The notes beneath the pieces are model-generated. The model had not been told where the DNA came from. It did no database searches and saw only the letters and a list, made by a program, of their open reading frames with translations. DNA of 64,000 bases from positions 1,636,309 through 1,700,308 of the forward strand of contig CBDCZN010000002.1 in assembly GCA_965224565.1 (NCBI GenBank), written 5' to 3'. Positions 29,692 to 39,167 of this stretch are shown one piece after another. The stretch's first letter is position 1. Each line of letters starts with the position of its first letter. This DNA is from Methylococcales bacterium (GTDB taxonomy: Bacteria; Pseudomonadota; Gammaproteobacteria; Methylococcales; DRLZ01). Made by a program: the position numbers and the translations under genes.

Positions 29692-30912
29692 ATGACTGTA
29701 GTTCAAACGAGCGATGAGACGATTGAAGAGTTAGTGGTAGCTCTTATTCAGTTGGTGCAGGGTTGCGGTGGTTTTATACACCCTGCATTAAAGATAGTGA
29801 GTACACAGGGAGAATTTTCTCTGGCTTTGGATAAAAAATTGGAGCCAAAAACCTGTGTGTTAAGAGTACCTTTCCAGTGTATGCCGGTCATTGAGGGATT
29901 TGATTTAACATATCAACAGCAGACAATTGTTGTTACACCAAAAACAGAAGTTACTGATGCGGGGGTAGAGCTTCAGACAGAGCTGCAAGTTAGCTGTATG
30001 GATATTTTGGTTCGTTTATACAACCATACAAATAAGATAGAGGAGTTTAGTCGTGTATCGCCAGTATTAGCTCTAAGACAGCACCCAAAGTTGCTTGGTT
30101 TGCTCGCTACGGCCGTAGGGCAACAGTTGAGCGATTTTGATGTGCTAGACAAATTGGGGATGTTAAATTTGGCTGTCTACCTGAAAAGCAGGGTGTTCCA
30201 TCGTTCGGATGTAAAGGGGAGCCGATTGTTACCACTAATCGATTTTGCTGATCACGCGATTTTTGCTGATCCTTTAAGAATCGGTGATGGTGGAGTGCAG
30301 AGTGATGAATTTATGCAGATTAACTATATGCCGGTTGATAACAGTCTTCAATGTTTCGTTTCTTATTCAATGATGGATTGTCTCGATAGCTACATGTCTT
30401 ATGGTTATGTAGATAAGACGGCTTTTTTTGTTAAATCTTTACCCTTTACCGTAGAGCTTGAGGGTTTTGGGACATTCTCCGTGGAAAGATGGAATGTAAA
30501 TGCATCTCAGTTGGATCCTGCGGAGTGGGATAATAGTGGGCGAGCTGCTAGTTTTTATGCGGCAAACTTTACTGCAAGTCCGCAACAGATTGAAGTTAGA
30601 TTTGTATTGATTCCACCGGTTGAGCATATGGAAGCATTTGATGAAGTATTAGGACTGTATCTGACCGAGTGTGAGCAAGTATCATCCAGTTCAGAGGGAA
30701 AATTGAATACCAGCGAAAACAAAAAGTTAATTATGCAAGCAATGCTAAAGGTGAATCTGGATTTTTACATGTCACTTCAAGTGCATATTTTAACTGGATT
30801 GGCAGATGATAAAGCTTCTGCGGTGTTAATGCTGAAGCAGATGATTCAGAAACAGTTAGACATCATTTTGGAATTTAAGCGGGGACTGGAAGCCGCGTAT
30901 AAGCAGTCTTAA
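29692..30912 (+). CDS. hypothetical protein, possible SET-domain (LSMT/SETD6-like) methyltransferase
   Basis: ORF 29596..30912; the ATG at 29692 is preferred (GGAGGA upstream). It shows weak but ordered SET-like blocks: GGFIHPALKIV...GEFSLALDKKLEPKTCVLRVPF, LLPLIDFADHA (compare PxxDxxNH) and CFVSYSMMDCLDSYMSYGYVDK (compare fiSYG..sN.eLl..YGFv). This was recognised by eye only. Confidence 0.45.
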   Translation: MTVVQTSDETIEELVVALIQLVQGCGGFIHPALKIVSTQGEFSLALDKKLEPKTCVLRVPFQCMPVIEGFDLTYQQQTIVVTPKTEVTDAGVELQTELQVSCMDILVRLYNHTNKIEEFSRVSPVLALRQHPKLLGLLATAVGQQLSDFDVLDKLGMLNLAVYLKSRVFHRSDVKGSRLLPLIDFADHAIFADPLRIGDGGVQSDEFMQINYMPVDNSLQCFVSYSMMDCLDSYMSYGYVDKTAFFVKSLPFTVELEGFGTFSVERWNVNASQLDPAEWDNSGRAASFYAANFTASPQQIEVRFVLIPPVEHMEAFDEVLGLYLTECEQVSSSSEGKLNTSENKKLIMQAMLKVNLDFYMSLQVHILTGLADDKASAVLMLKQMIQKQLDIILEFKRGLEAAYKQS

Positions 30913-31100
30913 TAGATGCTTTTTAAAATAAGCCAGTCGCGCTGAATTGCATACCGACACGTTGATTCTTGCTTTAGAGTCACCCGCTTTAAATATTGTA
31001 TTGAATGGGAAATACTGAAATTAGCTGTACCTATTGATTCCCTAGTTTTTCTAGGCAGAGATAGAATAACACTACTCACCCAACTTGGGTCGTTAGCATT

Positions 31101-33122
31101 ATGACACAAACAAATAGCTCTGAAAAAAAATACGCAGTACCGACCCAGATGTTGGAAGAGGCTCATACCCTAAAACTCGCTGGTCAATATGCTGATGCGT
31201 TTACTATTTATCAGAGTTGCCTTGAGCAATACCCAGATAACGCAGAGGCGTTTTGCAGTGCAGTCAGCCTTATCGAGGAGCAGACCTCACTGAATATCTC
31301 TCTTAAAGAATTTGGCATAAACTACAATACAGAAGAACTGCAAAATGCCTTGTTAGCAACAATGCAAACATTACAGGTATCCGGCAAATTTAATGATGCG
31401 CTTGCATACGCTGGCGCACTTTGTACGCTGGACCCGAGTAACTGGATGTTCCCGGCTTTGACCGGAAAACTTTATTTAAACAAGAGGGAATTCGAAGGTG
31501 CAATACGCGCTTTCAATGCCGCTTTACATCTGGCTCCAGACAATATCCAATGCAGGGATAATTTATTAAAGACTTTCTATTATCTGGGTTCTGGCAAGTT
31601 TGATGTAAAGACCAAACGCTGGATTTCTCTCTTCCTTAAAGAGCTAGATACCGTCGATATTGGAGTTTTGGCACGCGTCTGGGTCATGCTGCTATTAACA
31701 GATCCCGATTTCAAGGAAATCATGCAAGGGCAGCAGTATACGAAATATAAAAATTTTAAAAAATGGCTGGAAACTTTATCTGAAAAGAGCTTATCCCAAT
31801 TAAGTAGCGACTATTTACTAGATGGTCTGCGTATTTGCGTTGTACCAAACATCAATATAGAACGATTGCTCTATCATCTGCGTAGAACGATCTTGAACTA
31901 TAGTGTTAATAATTTGAAAGAAGCGCCGACCTGGGCTACAGGTTTTGCCTATGCCCTTGCCGAACAATGTTTTTTGAATGAATATATTTACGAAGAAACA
32001 AAGGAAGAAAAAGAACAGGTAGAAACCCTGATTAATGCGTTGAACAATAAGCAGAATATTACTCCACTTTCTGTTTCTGCTTTAGCTTGTTATCGTCCAT
32101 TGAACTCGTTTCCGGCTTTAACCAAGACGTTTTTAAAGTTACTGGAAAATCTTTCGGAAGACGACAGGATTTTGTATCAGCGTGTGATTAGCCAACAAAT
32201 CGAAGAGCCCGAGATAGAGCAACAACTGAAAAAAGAAATAAAATCATTTTCCACAATCGATAACGAAGTCTCCCAAAAGGTTAGGGATCAATATGAAAGC
32301 AACCCCTATCCACGCTGGATAAGCACGGGATCAGTTGAAAATGATGAAGGGGGTTTTGTCTTTGCAGAGACTGATCCTCTCAAACATTACGATATATTAA
32401 TTGCTGGATGTGCAACGGGTCATTACCCAATAAAAGTCTGTAAGAACTACCCGTCTTCCTCTGTAACTGGGGTAGACATTAGTTTATCGAGTCTCGCCTA
32501 TGGTTTGCGAAAAGCGCAGGAAATGAAGATGGAGAATCTCAAGCTGATGCATGGTGATATTCTTGGGCTTGAAAATTTAAAACAACAATTTGATATCATT
32601 TTTAGCAGTGGTGTTCTTCACCACATGAAAAATCCTGAGGCAGGATGGCAGGTGCTTACAAATATACTGAAACCAGGCGGTTTGATGAAAATAGGCCTCT
32701 ATAGTGAGCTGGAACGACAACATATTACCGATTGCCGTCAGTATATTGTGGAACATAAAATACCTGATACACCCAAAGGTATCAGGCGAATACGCAAAAT
32801 TATTGCAGGTTTTCCGGAAGGCCATCCTTTCAAAAAAGTCATGCCGTTCAATGATTTTTATTCAATATCAATGATGCGCGATCTCTTCTTTCATGTTCAG
32901 GAACAATGCTTCACGATTCCACGTATTCAACAAGCCCTGGATGATTTTGATCTTGAATTTCTTTCTTTTTCAATGGTGATGCCTCAGGCAGTGCAGCAAT
33001 ACAGTCAAATGTTTCCCGATGATCCAGCCATGACCAATCTTGAGCACTGGGATCAATATGAACACAAATATCCAGACACTTTCACAGGTCTTTATCAATT
33101 CTGGTGCCGAAAAAAACAATAA
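31101..33122 (+). CDS. TPR-repeat protein fused to class I SAM-dependent methyltransferase
   Basis: 673 aa. N-terminal TPR-like repeats (AGQYADAFTIYQSCLEQYPDNAEAF, REFEGAIRAFNAALHLAPDN). C-terminal Rossmann methyltransferase motif I ILIAGCATGHYP and post-II/III FDIIFSSGVLHHMKNPEAGWQVLTNILKPGGLM. Confidence 0.8.
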   Translation: MTQTNSSEKKYAVPTQMLEEAHTLKLAGQYADAFTIYQSCLEQYPDNAEAFCSAVSLIEEQTSLNISLKEFGINYNTEELQNALLATMQTLQVSGKFNDALAYAGALCTLDPSNWMFPALTGKLYLNKREFEGAIRAFNAALHLAPDNIQCRDNLLKTFYYLGSGKFDVKTKRWISLFLKELDTVDIGVLARVWVMLLLTDPDFKEIMQGQQYTKYKNFKKWLETLSEKSLSQLSSDYLLDGLRICVVPNINIERLLYHLRRTILNYSVNNLKEAPTWATGFAYALAEQCFLNEYIYEETKEEKEQVETLINALNNKQNITPLSVSALACYRPLNSFPALTKTFLKLLENLSEDDRILYQRVISQQIEEPEIEQQLKKEIKSFSTIDNEVSQKVRDQYESNPYPRWISTGSVENDEGGFVFAETDPLKHYDILIAGCATGHYPIKVCKNYPSSSVTGVDISLSSLAYGLRKAQEMKMENLKLMHGDILGLENLKQQFDIIFSSGVLHHMKNPEAGWQVLTNILKPGGLMKIGLYSELERQHITDCRQYIVEHKIPDTPKGIRRIRKIIAGFPEGHPFKKVMPFNDFYSISMMRDLFFHVQEQCFTIPRIQQALDDFDLEFLSFSMVMPQAVQQYSQMFPDDPAMTNLEHWDQYEHKYPDTFTGLYQFWCRKKQ

Positions 33123-33203
33123 GCATAAATAAACAATACAACCCTTGTTATGCTTACCGATGTTCAGATCAGCTGTTTCGGAGTACAAGATGGAGAGCAA
33201 TTT

Positions 33204-33929
33204 ATGATAAAAATCAAACGTTTGATTGGATGTGTTCTTTTTCTTCATATGGTCAATATTCAATGCTTTTCCGCTAATTCTTCCGAGAGCGACTCCTCCA
33301 ACGCCAAAGAAACTATCGTAAAGCGGCATACCTGGAAAGAACTTCGCGATTTACATGTAGTTAAACAACAGGAAGATATGTCGTGTGGTGCAGCCGCCTT
33401 GACTACCCTGATGAGCCAGTACTATGGCGAGAAAACCACTGAGAAAGAGATACTTGACATCCTTCAAGTACGCATAGATAAAGCTACTGACGAGGAGAAA
33501 GCACGCAAGAAAAAAAATGGATTCTCACTCCTGGATCTTAAATATGCGGCGAAACAAAAAGGCTATGATGCCGCAGGTTTCAAGTTAACTTTAGAGCAGC
33601 TCAAACAACTTAAAGCGCCAGTTGTTGTGTATGTCGAACCGTTTGGCTACCACCATTTTGCAGTATTGAGAGGGATTGCCGGAGATCGGGTATTTCTTGC
33701 AGATCCCAGTCGAGGTAATCTTCGTATGACGACCGCACAGTTTGCCGATGAATATGGTGGTGTTGTGTTTGCTTTGGGAAAAGATGGCGAAGAAAATATT
33801 CTCAAATATCCCTTGGCATTGTCTCGACGTGATGACTATGTTCGGCCAAACCTGGACAGGCTGGTTCATGGCGCTAATTCTTTTGGAAATTATGCTACTA
33901 ACTTGACGATTCGGGCGCGATTGCGTTAA
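33204..33929 (+). CDS. stand-alone secreted C39-family cysteine peptidase
   Basis: ORF 33150..33929. The ATG at 33204 (GGAGAG RBS) gives a signal-peptide-like N-terminus, MIKIKRLIGCVLFLHMVNIQCFSA. C39 blocks: QQEDMSCGAAALTTLMSQYYG (Cys codon 33384..33386), then HHFAVLRGIAGDRVFLADPSRGNLRMTTAQF (His/Asp). Confidence 0.78.
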   Translation: MIKIKRLIGCVLFLHMVNIQCFSANSSESDSSNAKETIVKRHTWKELRDLHVVKQQEDMSCGAAALTTLMSQYYGEKTTEKEILDILQVRIDKATDEEKARKKKNGFSLLDLKYAAKQKGYDAAGFKLTLEQLKQLKAPVVVYVEPFGYHHFAVLRGIAGDRVFLADPSRGNLRMTTAQFADEYGGVVFALGKDGEENILKYPLALSRRDDYVRPNLDRLVHGANSFGNYATNLTIRARLR

Positions 33930-34290
33930 TAATTCGTAGTTTTCACTGACTATATTCATTGATAACCGCCTGGAAATTATATTAATAAAATATTCTTAGC
34001 AAGACCAGCCCACTAAAACCATTTTACAATATGCTGTGGACGGCTGATTTTTCATAGATATATTAATGTTATTTCTCATGATATTTCCATAATTCATTGC
34101 TATTCATCAATATTTTAATAGTATTTTATTTGCCAATCTCAATGGTTTTGCGGTATGCTCTCCATATTGTGGGGGATGCGGATTCCATGTTTTGTTGTAA
34201 GAAACATTGTCATTTTAGTCAATAACGGTAAGTTCAATTCCGCAAGACAAAATAGTATCGTTGATATACACCAATAAAAACAAAGAATTT

Positions 34291-36051
34291 ATGTTTAAAA
34301 TGACCTGCGTTATTGCTGTTTTTTCTTGTACAACAGCTTCTTTTGCTAACAATTCGATTGTTTCAGCAGAAACCAAATCATCGCCGACCAGGGTTTCTCA
34401 ACTAGCTGGTGATAAGACCCCTGGATCAGATGAGTCCTCTGTCAAGTTATCCAGTGGCAAAGAGCATAGTATGCTGAAACGCCTCCAAATAGGTTTGTTT
34501 CCCAGCCGGGCAGAGGTCGATAATACTGTGGTCAGGTTACGTCAGCTTGATTTTGAAACCTGGATTATTCCGTTTAATGATGAATATGCAGTGAGTATTG
34601 GAGCATTTTCATCTCAATCGAATCTTGAGCGGGAATTGAAACGCCTGACGGCGGCTGGATTTACAGACAAAATCCAGATAATTGTGGTTGATAAAAAGGT
34701 ACAACACTCACAGAACATCCCTCCAGCTCAGGTTGCTAGATCGACTCTTTTTGATGCCAGGACATCTCAACCCGAAGGGCAGTACGTTCCCAAAAAAAAA
34801 TATGAAAAACTGGAGCAAGAGGTCGAACTTCTTAAATCCCAGATGCAGTTGTTGATGGAGAAAAAGTCGCCCTCAGAGCAATCGTCAAAACCCACAGCTG
34901 AATCAGCTGCTCAAGCCAGCCCGGAGCCTTCTGGAACCGATCCAGTGGTGGTTTCATCGGAAGAACCAGCTGCTGCACCATCAAATGAGAGTAATGATGC
35001 CAGTAGTGATGATACCAGTACTAAAGAAGATAAGAATTTAGCGGACGGTAGTCGTGAAGAAGAGGCTGAGGATGCCAAAAGGCAGATGGATATGTTCTTG
35101 AGAGAACAAACAGTCTTGTTTAAACGTGGTCAGCTCGAGCTGGAGTTTGGTCTGAATTATTCCCAGGATACTGCTGTAGCTACCTGCTTTAACCCAGATT
35201 CAAACACTGGATTTTGTTCGTCAGGCAGCGCGGTTACCCCTAAACTATCTACGCGATCAGTCGATACAAGACTTGGTGTAACCTATGGTATTGCTGATGA
35301 TTTAGCGCTCAGTTTATCAATTCCATATAGCTACAATGAACAGGAAAGTGACTTCACTGGTTTTGATGTCGCTCGTAAAGTGATCCATAATGATCGCTTA
35401 GGGCTAGGGGATGTCAGTGGAAGTTTAAGATATACTGCTTGGCATGAGAAAGGCAGTATCCCTGGCATTACCTTGAATATAAACGCCAAATCTACAACAG
35501 GCGATGATGAAGCAGGCGCTAATGAAACAGGTGACGTTAATCAGCGACTTGGTACCGGGTTCTGGAATGTTGGAGGTGGAATCTCGTTTACCAAGTCTTT
35601 TGATCCAGTGGTTTTTTTCGGTTCAGTCGGATATACCGCAACATTACAACATGGGAGGGTTGACCCCGGGGATCAGATTTCTTACTCTTTCGGCGGGGGG
35701 TTCGCTTTAAATGATCGAGTCAATGTCTCGACAGCTTTTAGTGGTTCTGCTGTACTCCGTACCGTAGTTAATAGATCTGCACCTCTCGGATCAACCGATG
35801 TCCCTGTTCCTGGATCATCAACAGATATCCCTGCTCCAAGCTCTTTAGTTTCTGGTTCAGCAGAGATTCCCGGTTCAGCCCAGAATATTAACTCCATCCA
35901 GTTTAGTTCAACGATCAAAATATCCAAGGCGTTATTTGTAGAACCTTTTGTGGCTTTTGGGCTTACCAGAGAATCAGGCGATTTTACTGTGGGGTTAAGA
36001 GTACCGTATCGGTTTGGTGAGAAGTTTCCACTGCCGTTTTTTCATGACTGA
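34291..36051 (+). CDS. SPOR-domain protein fused to an outer-membrane beta-barrel (MetA/phenol-degradation-type transporter-like)
   Basis: ORF 34261..36051; the ATG at 34291 gives the signal peptide MFKMTCVIAVFSCTTASFA. SPOR-like region (LQIGLFPSRAEVDNTVVRLRQLDFETWIIP..YAVSIGAFSSQSNLERELKRLTAAGF), coiled-coil and acidic linker. The C-terminal half has alternating beta-strand pattern and GLGDVSGSLRYTAW. Confidence 0.65.
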   Translation: MFKMTCVIAVFSCTTASFANNSIVSAETKSSPTRVSQLAGDKTPGSDESSVKLSSGKEHSMLKRLQIGLFPSRAEVDNTVVRLRQLDFETWIIPFNDEYAVSIGAFSSQSNLERELKRLTAAGFTDKIQIIVVDKKVQHSQNIPPAQVARSTLFDARTSQPEGQYVPKKKYEKLEQEVELLKSQMQLLMEKKSPSEQSSKPTAESAAQASPEPSGTDPVVVSSEEPAAAPSNESNDASSDDTSTKEDKNLADGSREEEAEDAKRQMDMFLREQTVLFKRGQLELEFGLNYSQDTAVATCFNPDSNTGFCSSGSAVTPKLSTRSVDTRLGVTYGIADDLALSLSIPYSYNEQESDFTGFDVARKVIHNDRLGLGDVSGSLRYTAWHEKGSIPGITLNINAKSTTGDDEAGANETGDVNQRLGTGFWNVGGGISFTKSFDPVVFFGSVGYTATLQHGRVDPGDQISYSFGGGFALNDRVNVSTAFSGSAVLRTVVNRSAPLGSTDVPVPGSSTDIPAPSSLVSGSAEIPGSAQNINSIQFSSTIKISKALFVEPFVAFGLTRESGDFTVGLRVPYRFGEKFPLPFFHD

Positions 36052-36104
36052 GTGGAGTGAGGGCATACTTTATCGTCAGAATATCTGATTAGTTTTGACC
36101 CTAT

Positions 36105-36162
36105 TGTAGGAGTGGCTTTAGCCGCGACATAGATCTATACCGCGGCTAAAGCCACTCCTACA
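36105..36162. repeat. REP-type hairpin (also a likely terminator)
   Basis: Perfect 22-bp stem TGTAGGAGTGGCTTTAGCCGCG / CGCGGCTAAAGCCACTCCTACA with a 14-nt loop that is itself palindromic (ATAGATCTAT). It lies 54 nt after the stop at 36051. It resembles the TGTAGGAGCxxxxxxGCxCGCGA class of REP elements. Confidence 0.8.
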
Positions 36163-36472
36163 AAACAAAATGTATTAAGTGAATGAAAGGTTGTCAATCA
36201 CCGGAATAATTTCATAGTTAGAAATCACAAGCATGCAACTTGCATGTTACCAACTATTTGACTTTTTTAACCAGGCAACTTTTAGACGGGCTTCCATAAT
36301 TGACCCTTGGTAATGTAAGTTTATATTTACACTGTATCAGGAGCTTTCATTCTATTACAGATTGTTGTACGTATTAGCTGAATAGAGTAGTCTGACCCAT
36401 GGGGGTCGATATATAAGTAAGGACGTGATAGCAATATGCATATCACTTAATTTGAATGACAGGAGGAAATAT

Positions 36473-38344
36473 ATGTTTTTTAATGTTTTTAAGTCTGAAC
36501 TGAACTTGTCCACTGACATTTCTCAAAAAAAATCCAAAAACACGATTATACGATTTGCAAGTCTATTGGTTTTATTTGGTGTCTCAGGGCTCTACTTCCC
36601 TAATCTTCAGGCCGCGAGTATTTCTTGTACCTGGGCTGGTGGAGCGTTGGATACGGGTAATTGGACTGACTCGAACTGGACTGTTGATGGCGACTGTGGA
36701 GGGATATTTCCCAATAACAACGGTGATACTTTCGCTGCGACTCATCCAAGAGGGACCATTACTCTGGATCGAGACATCGAAATCGATGAATTTAATCTGG
36801 AGGGGGGTACGCTTGCTGGTTCCAATAATTTGACAGTTAATAAAGCCTTTAATTGGACCCGTGGCACAGTGTCAGGTACAGGGACGATACGGGCGGCTGG
36901 TGGGCTAGAGCTGAATGGTACTTCATCAAAAACTTTTAAGGATAGTGCGACTGTAATTAATAGTGCGGGTCAAGTAGCGAACTGGAGCGAAGGAAATATC
37001 CTCATGTTTCGCGGTGAATCGGGGTTTGTGAACGAGGCTGGTGCGAATTTCAATGTCACCGCAGATGATGGGAAAATGCTCCTGTTGGGCAGTGGCGCTA
37101 AAATTGACAATGATGGAATCTTTACAACAAATTTAAGTAGTGTTGACAGCAATGTAGTGATTAATGCACAAATGAACAACCGCGGGCAGGTGGGTGTACA
37201 AACAGGCGAGTTGCGACTCGGTGGCGGTGGCACCAGTAGCGGATCGTTTGTGGTCGGAGAGCAGGGTAAGCTCAACTTTAGAGGAGGTGAGCATGTACTA
37301 CAAGCAGGCTCCAGTATCACTGGTTCAAAGGTGGAATTCAGTCAATTTGGTACAACCACTATTGAAGGAACCTACAATGTAGCGAGTACAGAATTCAAAC
37401 CAGGAGGCAGAGCCAATTTTGATTCTGAGGCGGCCAGTTTTACAGAAACGCTGACCATGAGCGGTGGTGATTTGAATGGCACTGCGAACGGTGCCTTGAT
37501 AGTCACAGGCGATGCGAATTTCAGTAGCGGTCAAATGAGAGGGTCGGGGCAGACAATTGTGGGCGGTAAACTGGATTTCAACGGTAATATTGCATCTATT
37601 CGAGACGATAGATTATTAATTGCTGCTGGACCGCAAGCCAACTGGACGGACGGAACGATTCTTTTAAGACATGAAGGCTCGGCTATTATTGTCTCAGCAG
37701 CGACGACTTTCAGTATAGAGGCAGATAAAGGCAGAATGTTTGGCCTGGGGACAGTGATTAATCAGGGGGTTCTAGAGGTTAATTTGGCTGACGATGCAGA
37801 ACCAGTAGTGATTAAGTCGAATGTAACCAATCTCGGTTCATTGATTCTCCAAGGGGACAATTTACTGATAGGTAATGCACTGGGCGGTGGAGACGAAATC
37901 AATGTATTTGATAATGAAGCGACTCTCTTTAACGGAAATTTTATCCAGGGGGAAACTGGTACCACGTTTGTTGATATCGCTGGAAACATAGCAGGTGAAG
38001 AATACGACGTATTGAATATTTTCGAAAATGCCTTTCTGAGTGGACTGTTTGATATTAATTTGAACTATAACCCTGCTGATGGTGATTTCTTTGATATTTT
38101 AACGGCAAAGACTATTGTTGATGGTGGACTTTTACTTAGCGGTCGTAGCGGTGAGTTGTTCGATTTTAACATTGTGGACCTGGATAATGGCAATCAGGCA
38201 TTGCGCTTGAGCTTATCAGGAGAATTATCTGACATAGACATAACGCCTCCTTCTCCTTCTTCTCCAGTACCCATTCCTGCAGCATTCTGGCTATTCTTTA
38301 GCGGCTTGTTAGGAGTTTGGCGCATTGGAAATCGACAATCATAA
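36473..38344 (+). CDS. large secreted beta-helix-like protein with VPLPA/PEP-CTERM-type C-terminal sorting signal
   Basis: ORF 36425..38344; ATG at 36473 with an AGGAGG RBS. Signal anchor, then Gly/Asn/Thr-rich repeats (GGTLAGSNNLTVNKAFNWTRGTVSGTGTI...). The C-terminus is VPIPAAFWLFFSGLLGVWRIGNRQS (motif, hydrophobic helix, basic end). Confidence 0.75.
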   Translation: MFFNVFKSELNLSTDISQKKSKNTIIRFASLLVLFGVSGLYFPNLQAASISCTWAGGALDTGNWTDSNWTVDGDCGGIFPNNNGDTFAATHPRGTITLDRDIEIDEFNLEGGTLAGSNNLTVNKAFNWTRGTVSGTGTIRAAGGLELNGTSSKTFKDSATVINSAGQVANWSEGNILMFRGESGFVNEAGANFNVTADDGKMLLLGSGAKIDNDGIFTTNLSSVDSNVVINAQMNNRGQVGVQTGELRLGGGGTSSGSFVVGEQGKLNFRGGEHVLQAGSSITGSKVEFSQFGTTTIEGTYNVASTEFKPGGRANFDSEAASFTETLTMSGGDLNGTANGALIVTGDANFSSGQMRGSGQTIVGGKLDFNGNIASIRDDRLLIAAGPQANWTDGTILLRHEGSAIIVSAATTFSIEADKGRMFGLGTVINQGVLEVNLADDAEPVVIKSNVTNLGSLILQGDNLLIGNALGGGDEINVFDNEATLFNGNFIQGETGTTFVDIAGNIAGEEYDVLNIFENAFLSGLFDINLNYNPADGDFFDILTAKTIVDGGLLLSGRSGELFDFNIVDLDNGNQALRLSLSGELSDIDITPPSPSSPVPIPAAFWLFFSGLLGVWRIGNRQS

Positions 38345-38492
38345 TGCCTGTCGTTGCCGTAAAGTCATGCGCGTCGTTGATGCTGAACTGGACAGTTCGG
38401 ATCTAGAAGATTTGACAGGATAAGTTTATAAGGCTGGTGTTTTGCCAGTCTTATTCATAATATTAAATCCTCCTTAGAAGCCGTCTAAGAAA

Positions 38493-39140
38493 TTACTTTA
38501 CACCGAGGGTATTTTGAAAAGTCCGGGTGTAGTTGATTGCCTCAATATGTTCAGGCACTCTTATTAGTACTTGTTGATAAATAACGTTAGCTGCTTCATT
38601 TTTGCCTAGTTTATGTTTTGCACGAGCCAGATAAACCAGCGCTGTTGTATCACTTGGATAGTGACGGGAAAATTCTTCAGCATGAGCTGCAAGTTGTTCC
38701 CATTGTCGTAATCCTTCTTCACAGACAAAAAGACGGCTGTGAGCTGTATAGTTCCAAGGTGATATGGTAACTATCTGGCGCAAATATATCTCTGCCTTAT
38801 TCCAGTCTGCTTGAGCCAGGAGAGGTAGACTTAGACCAAGTCTGGCATCAATAGAGGCGGGGTTGATCTTGAGAGCTTGTTTGTAATATCGAACAGCGTC
38901 GTTGTAATTACGTTGTTGATAGGCGAGCCAGGCATAGCGTAGCAGGACATATTCCCGGTTTTCGTCTCCGTTGAGCAGCGGCTCGATGATCGCTGCTGCT
39001 TTTGCATACTCTCCTTGGTGCTCAAGATTAAAGGTTTGTGTCCACATATCGTCTATTTCATTTCCCTTGACTAAAAAACTGCTGGTGTACAACATACCGA
39101 TAGCTATATGGATAATTAGTTCTTTTTTCATAAGAATCAT
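38493..39140 (-). CDS. secreted TPR-repeat protein
   Basis: 215 aa. N-terminal hydrophobic segment, then TPR repeats (GEYAKAAAIIEPLL, RNYNDAVRYYKQALKINPASIDA, WNKAEIYLRQIVTISPWN, KNEAANVIYQQVLIRVPEH). It is the last gene of the 45075-to-38493 operon. Confidence 0.72.
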   Translation of the reverse strand: MILMKKELIIHIAIGMLYTSSFLVKGNEIDDMWTQTFNLEHQGEYAKAAAIIEPLLNGDENREYVLLRYAWLAYQQRNYNDAVRYYKQALKINPASIDARLGLSLPLLAQADWNKAEIYLRQIVTISPWNYTAHSRLFVCEEGLRQWEQLAAHAEEFSRHYPSDTTALVYLARAKHKLGKNEAANVIYQQVLIRVPEHIEAINYTRTFQNTLGVK

Positions 39141-39167
39141 AAACTGTGTGTTTTCAGGAGCAGCCTA

